Source: an uncultured Nitrospiraceae bacterium
Lineage (GTDB): Bacteria; Hydrogenedentota; Hydrogenedentia; Hydrogenedentales; SLHB01
DNA: 64,000 bases
Direction of reading: 5' to 3'
Assembly: GCA_964587655.1 (NCBI GenBank)
Contig: CAZPMT010000010.1
Coordinates: 16,506 to 80,505, forward strand
The position numbers were made by a program, and so were the translations under genes. Numbering within the stretch: position 1 is the first letter of the stretch; each line of letters begins with the position of its first letter. The notes below the pieces were generated by a model. The model made no database searches. It saw only the letters and a list, made by a program, of their open reading frames with translations, and was not told where the DNA came from. Below, in pieces: positions 8,648-15,983 of this stretch.

Positions 8648-9571
8648 ATGAGCGACGAGCCGTTTCGTTTCCCGCATGAAGCCATGGCCACCACTTTCCA
8701 GGCGATGATCGTTGCAGATTCGCGGAGCTACGCCGAGCAGGCCGCCATGGACGCATTCGCCGAAGTGGACATCATCGAGAAGGAGATCAGCAACTTCATC
8801 GAGACCAGCGACGTCTCACAGATCAACCACCTCCCCGCGGGACAGTGGGCCCGCATCGGGATCCACACCTGCGAATGCCTCAAAGCCGCCGCCCAAGTCA
8901 GCGCCGAGACCAACGGCGCGTTTGACGTAACCGTCGGGCCTCTAGTCGCCTGCTGGCGCAACCCCGACAAGTCCCCGCGCCAGCCCTCCGAAGACGAACT
9001 GGCCAAGGCACGCGCCCTGGTCGGGATGAAACTGATCGAGTTGGACGCAGCGGAAAACCGCGTCCGCGTCAAGACTCACGGCGTCAGAATCGACCTCGGC
9101 GGCATCGGAAAAGGTTACGCCGTCGACCGCGCCATCGAGACCCTCAAAGAATGGGACATCGAATCAGCCCTGGTCAACGCAGGCGACAGCAGCACCTTCG
9201 CACTAGGCAACCTCAAAGGCCAGCAGGGATGGCCAGTCGGCGTCGGAGGCATCCGCGACGAAGAAAAGCCCCCCTACATAATCGACCTCTGCAACCAGTC
9301 CCTGAGCGGCAGCGGAACACACGTGAAAGGCGCGCACATCATCGATCCCCGGACCGGACGGCCCGTCGCCGGCAAAATCGCCGCCTGGGCCCTTCATCCC
9401 AACGCAACCATAGCCGACGCCCTTTCCACCGCATTCATGGTAATGTCCTCAGCGGAAGTCGAACAATACTGCCATGCCCGCACCGACACCGGAGCTCTCC
9501 TAGTCCCCAAGAATGAAGGTCAGATCACTCGTCAGCGCTACGGAAACTGGAAAGGGCTGCATGACGCATGA
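8648..9571 (+). CDS. apbE: FAD:protein FMN transferase (ApbE family)
   Basis: Hallmark ApbE motifs IDLGGIGKGYAVDRA and GSGTHVKGAHIIDPRTG. The length fits soluble ApbE. Confidence 0.85.
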   Translation: MSDEPFRFPHEAMATTFQAMIVADSRSYAEQAAMDAFAEVDIIEKEISNFIETSDVSQINHLPAGQWARIGIHTCECLKAAAQVSAETNGAFDVTVGPLVACWRNPDKSPRQPSEDELAKARALVGMKLIELDAAENRVRVKTHGVRIDLGGIGKGYAVDRAIETLKEWDIESALVNAGDSSTFALGNLKGQQGWPVGVGGIRDEEKPPYIIDLCNQSLSGSGTHVKGAHIIDPRTGRPVAGKIAAWALHPNATIADALSTAFMVMSSAEVEQYCHARTDTGALLVPKNEGQITRQRYGNWKGLHDA

Positions 9572-9586
9572 TCCCACCCTGCGCGC

Positions 9587-9608
9587 GTTCCCCCTCGAAA
9601 GGGGGAAC
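9587..9608. repeat. Perfect palindrome GTTCCCCCTCGAAAGGGGGAAC just after the apbE stop
   Basis: 8-bp stem with a CCCCC/GGGGG core like the MITE sub-hairpin. No T-run follows. May be a terminator or a REP relative. Confidence 0.4.
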
Positions 9609-9782
9609 CGCGCGAAATACAGATAGGCCTCCTCGCCGCTCCCACGCGAAACCCCAGCCCGCCTTGCGAACGTCAAGTAATCCGTCCAATCCGTCTGATC
9701 CGTCCGCGCGGCCACCCACCCTCACACACGACCCGCATCACGGTCCCATCCCCCCGTACACCGCGGATTCCTAAGACCTCAA

Positions 9783-9895
9783 CGCCAAGAGCCCAAGAGA
9801 CGCCAAGAGCCGCTGCCCTTCTTTGTGGCTTCGTGTCTTTGTGTGAGGAGAAATATGACTCACACGGAGCCACGGAGACCACGGATGAACGCGGA
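9783..9895. repeat. Intergenic repeat block: (GCCAAGAG)x3, (CTTTGTG)x2, (CACGGAG)x2 and an inverted copy of GTTCATCCGTGG
   Basis: Composition mirrors the 6806-6918 array. ACCACGGATGAACGCGG at 9879-9895 is the reverse complement of the CGTGTTCATCCGTGGT motif. A direct copy CATCCGTGGTTCA recurs at 10011-10023. Confidence 0.5.
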
Positions 9896-10108
9896 TAGCC
9901 ACTTCGCATTCATGCAACCGCCAGGTACTTCGAGGATCCAATCCCAGTTGCCGCGTTGTTCTCCGCCATTCACCGGGTGGATAGCGGTCAGGGTTCTCAT
10001 AACCGTTTTACATCCGTGGTTCAAGCCGAATTCAGGGGCAACCTTGCGGGGCGTATGGGAAATCTGCAATATGCATAATCCGGGGATCCGATAACGGAGG
10101 GAACATTG

Positions 10109-10615
10109 GTGGCTCTCGGCAACGCGGGGCTGTATCTGGATTTCGCTACGAAGGCGTTTCGTCAGCGTTTGGCCTATCGAACCGACGTCCTGATGGGTGT
10201 GGCGCGGTCGTTCTTGATTCTGTTCGTCCAGGTCACCGTGTGGCGCGCGTTATTGGCGGCGCGGCCCGCGGCCAACGGCATTACGATGCAGGACATGGTC
10301 ACGTACATCATTGTCGGGATGATGCTGAACAGTCTGTCGCGATCCCGCGTAGATCTCCGCATAGCGCAGCGTATGGAAGACGGATCGATCGCGTCCGATT
10401 TTGTCCGCCCGGTGAATTTCAAGTACTACATGATGAGCGAGGACATGGGCGAGAACGTTTTCTCGACTCTTTTCACGACGCTGCCGGCGTGCCTGTTGGG
10501 AATACTGCTTTGGGGCCTGCGCCTTCCTGAAAACCCGATAACATTCGCGCGACGACACCCTTGGACAGGCGTCACGGTTGGTGCCCCGCGGGAATCTGCT
10601 GCTCTTCAGAGCTAA
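10109..10615 (+). pseudogene. N-terminal remnant (about 160 aa) of an ABC-2 family (PF06182-like) transporter permease
   Basis: GGAGG SD, then TTG/GTG start. The N-terminus and the first three TM helices look intact. The reading frame then runs into nonsense (PWTGVTVGAPRESAALQS) and overlaps the convergent HD-domain gene. No cognate ATPase is nearby. Confidence 0.4.
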
Positions 10616-11207
10616 TCTCCAACTCGATATCGTAAACTCGCTCGAACAAGACAGCCTTCCGCTTGGCCGTATCGACATCAATACCGCTAGATGTGTTGTT
10701 ATGCACATACAATATGGCCAATCTGTGTGTATGTTCTACCCGCAATAGCGTAGTAAGGCCCGAGTGCGACCGATCCAGCCCGTCTCCAACCCGAAGGATC
10801 GCAGCAAGCTTCATAACGGTTTCCTGGTCGTCCTTCCCGAGCGCTTTGTACCCCGAATGCGACGGTTTTGGGTCTCCCTTTCGGTGGTAACGGGCAATGC
10901 ACGCAACCATGGCCAATTCGCGCGATGAGAATCCCTCCAAGCCCGAAGCGAGAATCAAATCCCGCGAACCCTTATGATGCTGCATCGGACGATTCGCATA
11001 GCCCGTGTCATGCATCAAGGCTGCCGCCTCCAGAAGGAACCTCTCGTGTTTGCCCAGTCCATGCAGGTCCTGAAACGCGTCGAACAACGCCAGACTATTC
11101 CTGCACACATGAAGTGCGTGGTCCGGATCGGGATCGTGCGCGCGCATGAACGCCTTCGCCGCTTTAATCGAAGCGATCCGTTGCATAGAGGGCCGTTCCT
11201 TCATCAC
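10572..11207 (-). CDS. HD-domain phosphohydrolase (Ppx/GppA C-terminal HD-like)
   Basis: HD motif in LMHDTGY, HH..GS..L and downstream conserved residues. The choice between the MMK and MQR starts is uncertain. Confidence 0.6.
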   Translation of the reverse strand: MMKERPSMQRIASIKAAKAFMRAHDPDPDHALHVCRNSLALFDAFQDLHGLGKHERFLLEAAALMHDTGYANRPMQHHKGSRDLILASGLEGFSSRELAMVACIARYHRKGDPKPSHSGYKALGKDDQETVMKLAAILRVGDGLDRSHSGLTTLLRVEHTHRLAILYVHNNTSSGIDVDTAKRKAVLFERVYDIELEISSEEQQIPAGHQP

Positions 11208-11447
11208 AAATCCTGCTCATACCGAAGCCTTGATTATACTCGAATCGGCGTCGGTCAACGATTTGTATTGCATCGTATCGTATGCGATCCTGAACGTCGC
11301 GTGAGGAGACGTAACGCATGGACCTCAACGAAATGAGATCGTAGGGCGACCTTAACATCTCGCCCCTGCGCGCACAATGGGCGCGAGACAACATCGACGC
11401 GGAAACGCCGGCGTGGCTGGACGAGGACGCGAAATACTTTGCCCGGT

Positions 11448-12425
11448 TTAGCCACTCTCTTGTGGAAGGAAGGCGACCTTGACCGCATCTTGATGTCTAA
11501 GCAAATCGACGGCGCGACCGTACTCTTCGAGCCGCATCACGTCCGTCACGAGGGCGCCAAGGTCGAGCCGCCCTTCCGCAAGACGATTGATCGCATACTC
11601 TGCGGCCTCGCGCGTATGCGGCTGCGTGCCCGCGAGGGTTAATCCGGCCCAGAACTTCGGCGCAAACACGTAGGGCTCGCGCTGGACCGCAAACAAGACC
11701 ACGAGGTGGTTTGTGAGTTCCATCGCCTGATGTACGACAGCCGCCGTTCCCACACAGTCGAACGCGCAATCGAATGCGTCGAGCTGGCCGCGCCTCGGGA
11801 GGTTCTCGAGGGCTTCCTCGGTGGGATCGATAGCGGCGTCGGCGCCAAGTTGATGCGCAAGCTCCCGCCGGGCCTTGAGCGGATCAAAGCCCACGATGTA
11901 CGACGCCCCCGCGGCCCACAACAACTGAACACAAACAAGACCGGCGGGACCGAGACCGAAGACGCCCACGCGGCGTCCGGCGATCATGTCGAGCTTCTCG
12001 GCAAACATGACGTGCGCGCTCACGCACATGGCGAGTTCGAGCGGCGCGCACGCTTCCGGCGGCAACATCAACGGCGCTGAGATGAGATCCTCGGCGGGCT
12101 TGACGACGTACTGGGCGTAACACCCTGGAAGATGATGTCCGGGATCGCGCCAGGCGCACACGCGCTCGCCAACGTGAAACTCGCGGACTTCCGAACCGAT
12201 CTCGGCCACGTCGCCGCACGCCTCATGCCCCGGCTGCCCCAACGTGTAGGGGTACTTGAGATCCATACCCGGAAACATCGGCTGGTCTCCCAGGATATGC
12301 ATGTCCCAATGCGGACATGTGGTCACGGCCAAGACCTTGAGCAGAACTTCACGCGGACCCGGCTTGGGCATCGGAACGTCCCGAATGACGAACTCGCCCG
12401 GCGCTGTAATCTGAAGTGCCTTCAT
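11448..12425 (-). CDS. Zinc-dependent alcohol dehydrogenase (MDR superfamily)
   Basis: ATG at 12425-12423 with GGAGG upstream. GHEACG zinc motif and Rossmann GLGPAGL. The track ORF to 12605 is an N-terminal over-extension. Confidence 0.8.
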   Translation of the reverse strand: MKALQITAPGEFVIRDVPMPKPGPREVLLKVLAVTTCPHWDMHILGDQPMFPGMDLKYPYTLGQPGHEACGDVAEIGSEVREFHVGERVCAWRDPGHHLPGCYAQYVVKPAEDLISAPLMLPPEACAPLELAMCVSAHVMFAEKLDMIAGRRVGVFGLGPAGLVCVQLLWAAGASYIVGFDPLKARRELAHQLGADAAIDPTEEALENLPRRGQLDAFDCAFDCVGTAAVVHQAMELTNHLVVLFAVQREPYVFAPKFWAGLTLAGTQPHTREAAEYAINRLAEGRLDLGALVTDVMRLEEYGRAVDLLRHQDAVKVAFLPQESG

Positions 12426-13627
12426 CTTCCGCCTCCCCTCGCTTTGTTTGTCCGAGCGAAGAGGTCCCGCCGGGACCAATAGCGGCGCACGTATAGCGGA
12501 CGCGTATCCGATACATGCCGCGCCTGCACAGCCCGGGTCCATTCTTCGAGCAGGCAGCTTGCTTCGTTCCATGCGGCTTGCGCATCGGGAGGCACGGCGA
12601 CCCACTGAGCCTCGAGCTTGTCGCGCTGATCAACGAAGAGCGGCATCAACTCCCGTGGACTGCGCATCACGGTTTGGTGCAGACGTTCGTGCCGCCACCA
12701 AAGGGACGCATCCGGACCTTTCGTTGGGAAGGGTCCCGTATCGATGGGCGTCCCGATGCGAAGGGGTTTGAAGACGCCCGTACACGGCGCCGCCGTGCCG
12801 GTCACCCAGTGTTGACAGGCTGTTGGGCGCAACTCGGAGATCCACGAAGCGGTGGTCTGCGATGCGGCCAGGAGTCCGCCTGCGTGCATGCACGGCGCGG
12901 ACATTCCTCCATTCATCCATGCGTAACGCGGTTCAGAATTCCCGACGCCATGATCGCGGAGGAGACTGAAGAGATCCAGTACGCCATGCGCACGTTCCGC
13001 CAGACGCTGCGTGCATTCGCGTCTGGCGCGGCAGGCGCTGACTCGCGTATAGAGGCGATCGGAGAACTGCTCCGCGAACCCGGCGACCGTAAGCCCGTTC
13101 GAGATCGTGCGCACACCGCCGGCTTCCTCGATGGCCCATCGTTTCGCGGCGGTGTCGAGAACGAATGCGCGTTGCGGGTCGGCTATCATGAAACTGTTGT
13201 GGTAAGTGAATCTCCGGTTTTCGTAACCACAGCCTCCCCCTTGTCCGTGCTGTTCGAGGAGGCCCGTGATGATCTCGCACGCATGCCGCGCGTTGTCGGC
13301 GCGTTCGAGACCGAGTCGCACGAGATCCATGCCGGTCAACCCAACGCTTTGGTACGGTTGACGAGTAAATACGGCCTCGTTCCCTATCGCGACGCCGCAC
13401 TCGTTCGCGCCCATCTCGGCGCCCCACATCCAGAAGGGGCGGCTGATCAGCACGGCGTGAGTCTCGCCGACCTGCGGAATCGCGATCCAGGTGCAGCGAA
13501 GTTGCGTCCCCGGTTCGTAGGTCTGTCGCGGACGCCACTCGATCCCCTGGGCCTCATTTGGGTCGCGGTCAGAGTTCTTGGCGAACAGGACGCCTTCGGG
13601 TCTGACGATAACTACCGTGTCACACAT
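12422..13627 (-). CDS. Ntn-hydrolase peptidase, C69/secernin-like (N-terminal Cys nucleophile)
   Basis: Begins MCDTVVIV...FAKNSDRDPNE, as in the C69 dipeptidase/secernin N-terminus. Stop overlaps the downstream start (ATGA). Confidence 0.55.
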   Translation of the reverse strand: MCDTVVIVRPEGVLFAKNSDRDPNEAQGIEWRPRQTYEPGTQLRCTWIAIPQVGETHAVLISRPFWMWGAEMGANECGVAIGNEAVFTRQPYQSVGLTGMDLVRLGLERADNARHACEIITGLLEQHGQGGGCGYENRRFTYHNSFMIADPQRAFVLDTAAKRWAIEEAGGVRTISNGLTVAGFAEQFSDRLYTRVSACRARRECTQRLAERAHGVLDLFSLLRDHGVGNSEPRYAWMNGGMSAPCMHAGGLLAASQTTASWISELRPTACQHWVTGTAAPCTGVFKPLRIGTPIDTGPFPTKGPDASLWWRHERLHQTVMRSPRELMPLFVDQRDKLEAQWVAVPPDAQAAWNEASCLLEEWTRAVQARHVSDTRPLYVRRYWSRRDLFARTNKARGGGR

Positions 13628-13664
13628 GAGTGCTCCGGTCCTTCAATCCGGGTTCCGCTTTGCC

Positions 13665-14690
13665 CTAGCGCTGTGGTTCGACGATCACCTTCAGGGAGTC
13701 TTTGCCGCCTGCCACGAGCTTGAAACCCAATCCCGTATCGGCAAGACTCAGGCGATGCGTGATCATGTCGCCAACAGGCAGCCTGCGGGCGCGAAGCAAC
13801 TTGATGGCCACCTCGGCGTCGTAAGGACTGTTCGCATAGCTTGGCAGGACCGTGATGCCGTTCCTCCAAAAATCGTTGATCGGAATTGGAAGCTCGACGC
13901 CCGGATCGCTGGTCGCAAAGCACAGCACGCTCCCGCCGCGATCGACAGATTGCAGCGCCTGTTTGAAAGCCGGGAAAGCGCCGGTGCAGACAATCACGAG
14001 GTCCGCGGCACGGTTGCCGTTCGCCACGCGCGCCAACGCCGGGACATCTTCTCGGGCATCGATGGCTACGTCCGCGCCGAACTCGAGCGCCTTTTTCAGA
14101 CGGAATTCGCTGATGTCCGTCGCGATGATCCGGCCCGCGCCCATCGCGCGCGCCAGCATCAGATGCAACATGCCTGAAATGCCGCTGCCGATGATGAGCA
14201 CGGTCTGTCCCGCGCGGAAGTTCGCGACGCGCTGGCCCCGGATGACGCAAGCCAAGGGTTCGACAAACGCGCCTTCTTCAAACGAGACCTCGCCGGGCAG
14301 CACGAACGTACCACGGTCTACATTGATCCGAGGCGCGCGAATGTATTCCGCGAACCCACCCGGATCGAAATTGGTCGTGTGCAGCGTTTCGCACACGGTG
14401 TGATTGCCATGAAGGCAGTACGAACAGGTGTTGCACGGGACGTGGTGCGAGACAAAGACACGCTGGCCCACCTTAAAGCGGTCGACCCCCTCCCCCACTT
14501 CGACGATCTCGCCCGTGATCTCGTGTCCGAGAACGCGCGGGGCCTTCTTGATGCGATACCACTCGAGCACGTCGCTGCCGCAGACGCCGCTCGCGATCAC
14601 TTTGACGAGGATCTCGCCCGGTCCGATTACGGGCACGGGCATCTGCTCCAACCGCACATCGTTGTTGTTGTAATACATCGCCACCCACAT
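13665..14690 (-). CDS. Zinc-dependent dehydrogenase (threonine/sorbitol dehydrogenase-like MDR)
   Basis: GSDVLEW, GHEITGEIVEVG, and a C..C..C..C structural-zinc motif (CNTCSYCLHGNHTVC). Rossmann GSGISG. Confidence 0.8.
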   Translation of the reverse strand: MWVAMYYNNNDVRLEQMPVPVIGPGEILVKVIASGVCGSDVLEWYRIKKAPRVLGHEITGEIVEVGEGVDRFKVGQRVFVSHHVPCNTCSYCLHGNHTVCETLHTTNFDPGGFAEYIRAPRINVDRGTFVLPGEVSFEEGAFVEPLACVIRGQRVANFRAGQTVLIIGSGISGMLHLMLARAMGAGRIIATDISEFRLKKALEFGADVAIDAREDVPALARVANGNRAADLVIVCTGAFPAFKQALQSVDRGGSVLCFATSDPGVELPIPINDFWRNGITVLPSYANSPYDAEVAIKLLRARRLPVGDMITHRLSLADTGLGFKLVAGGKDSLKVIVEPQR

Positions 14691-14723
14691 TTGCCGCTTC
14701 CCTCCTCACCTAGCCCGCGTCGC

Positions 14724-14936
14724 TCAGGCCTCCGGCCGCACCACGAGATAACCCTTCTCGATCAGCCAATGGTGAAACTCGTAGGTCGTGTGAATGCAGT
14801 GATTGATGCAGACATCCCGGACCTCGTTGTATCCGCTCGAGTTGGCTTCCTGCCGATCCAGCAGCAACTGTATCGGGCACTCGATGTCTTTGCAGTATTC
14901 GCGGCGCTGATAATCAACGTAACCCGGAATCGACAT
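14724..14936 (-). CDS. Small Cys/His-rich hypothetical protein (70 aa)
   Basis: ATG with AGGAGAGG SD 7 nt upstream. MSIPGYVDYQRREYCKDIECP...VCINHCIH...EFHHWLIEKGYLVVRPEA. It is the C-terminal in-frame part of the spurious track ORF 14724..15713. Co-directional with and immediately upstream of the dehydrogenase. Confidence 0.45.
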   Translation of the reverse strand: MSIPGYVDYQRREYCKDIECPIQLLLDRQEANSSGYNEVRDVCINHCIHTTYEFHHWLIEKGYLVVRPEA

Positions 14937-15194
14937 TTGCTGTCCTCTCCTGTTTCTGCACCTGTTCTGTGCAAGATTAGCATATGCACGCGTGTCTACA
15001 AAGCCCAAACGTAGGGCGGAGGATTTCCCAAACGTGCAACGACAACGGGCTTCAATCAGACAAGGGGTTGCAACCCCTTGCCCAATGCTCGAATACCTCA
15101 TCGAATTCGCGATCAAGAGTCTTTGGGCACTGCCACTCATGACACTTCGTGTGCTATACTTGTTGCGTGTGGTAAACGCGGAGGCGCCCAAGCC

Positions 15195-15494
15195 GTGGAA
15201 TTGCAGATAGAAGTGGACAAGGAGCGGGTTGCCGCTTTTTGCCGGAAGCATTATATCCGAAGACTCGCCTTTTACGGTTCGGTGCTTCGGAGTGATTTCC
15301 GTGACGACAGCGACGTGGACGTTCTCGTAGAATTCGACTGCCAACATGTCCCTGGTCTGATGGCCCTTGCGGAGATGGAGGAGGAGTTGTCCGAGATGCT
15401 CGGCAGAAAAGCCGATATGCGGACTCCGGAGGATCTCAGCCGCCATTTCCGGGACGAAGTCGTGCATACGGCGCTGGTCCAGTATGCTGCTTGA
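15195..15494 (+). CDS. mntA: MNT-type nucleotidyltransferase antitoxin
   Basis: GTG at 15195 with GGAGG 10 nt upstream. Minimal nucleotidyltransferase motif GS...DSDVDVLVEF. The ORF may instead begin at ATG 15078. Confidence 0.65.
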   Translation: MELQIEVDKERVAAFCRKHYIRRLAFYGSVLRSDFRDDSDVDVLVEFDCQHVPGLMALAEMEEELSEMLGRKADMRTPEDLSRHFRDEVVHTALVQYAA

Positions 15495-15834
15495 TTCGGA
15501 CAGGACACGGGTAATCCACATGTTGGAAGCGGCGCGCGAAGCGCTCGGATATGTGGAAGGGCGGACTCGGAGCGATCTCGATGGCAACCGTCCACTGCAG
15601 CATTGCCTTATACGGTGTATCGAGATCATGGGCGAAGCAGCCAGTCGAATTACATCCGAATTCCGGCTCGCGCACCCTGAGATTCCGTGGCGGCTTCCGA
15701 TTGCCATGCGCAATCGGCTTGTTCACGCGTATTTCGACATCAACCTGGACATCCTCTGGCAGACGGCTGATGCCGAACTTCCCGCCCTCGTAAAAATCCT
15801 CGAGCCACTGCTCAAGGGCGGCAAGGAAACCTGA
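15484..15834 (+). CDS. hepT: HepT-like (DUF86) RNase toxin
   Basis: ATG overlaps the mntA 3' end by 11 nt. Conserved R(x)4HxY motif RNRLVHAY. Confidence 0.7.
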   Translation: MLLDSDRTRVIHMLEAAREALGYVEGRTRSDLDGNRPLQHCLIRCIEIMGEAASRITSEFRLAHPEIPWRLPIAMRNRLVHAYFDINLDILWQTADAELPALVKILEPLLKGGKET

Positions 15835-15983
15835 GATCGGTTTCCCTCCCTCCTGCTAGGATCCCTTTGACAAGATCCGGCATTATTCGTTAACCTTGTT
15901 TCGTGCTGCGGAAAACGCAAGGGGCATATTGAGCCCCGATCCCCTGTCTATAGCACGGGATTGTATCCCTCTGCGCGAGCACA

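Noticed and set aside
9855-10094. 80-aa ORF (MTHTEPRRPRMNADSHF...) with a GAGGAG SD in the apbE-downstream intergenic region
   Set aside because: The sequence is Arg/Pro-rich with no recognisable fold, and it spans repeat blocks. Retained only as a remote possibility; the region is more likely regulatory or repeat DNA.
9575-10105. Search for tRNA/tmRNA/rRNA in the larger non-coding gaps (9575-10105, 47072-47855, 25816-26051)
   Set aside because: No GTTCGAATC-type T-loop or anticodon-stem architecture and no rRNA-like conserved blocks were found. The GGTTCAA strings belong to the CATCCGTGGTTCA repeat motif.
14724-15713. 329-aa minus-strand ORF spanning the MNT/HepT region
   Set aside because: Only its last 70 codons (14724-14936) have an SD and a coherent sequence. 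The remainder overlaps the well-supported mntA/hepT pair antisense and looks random.
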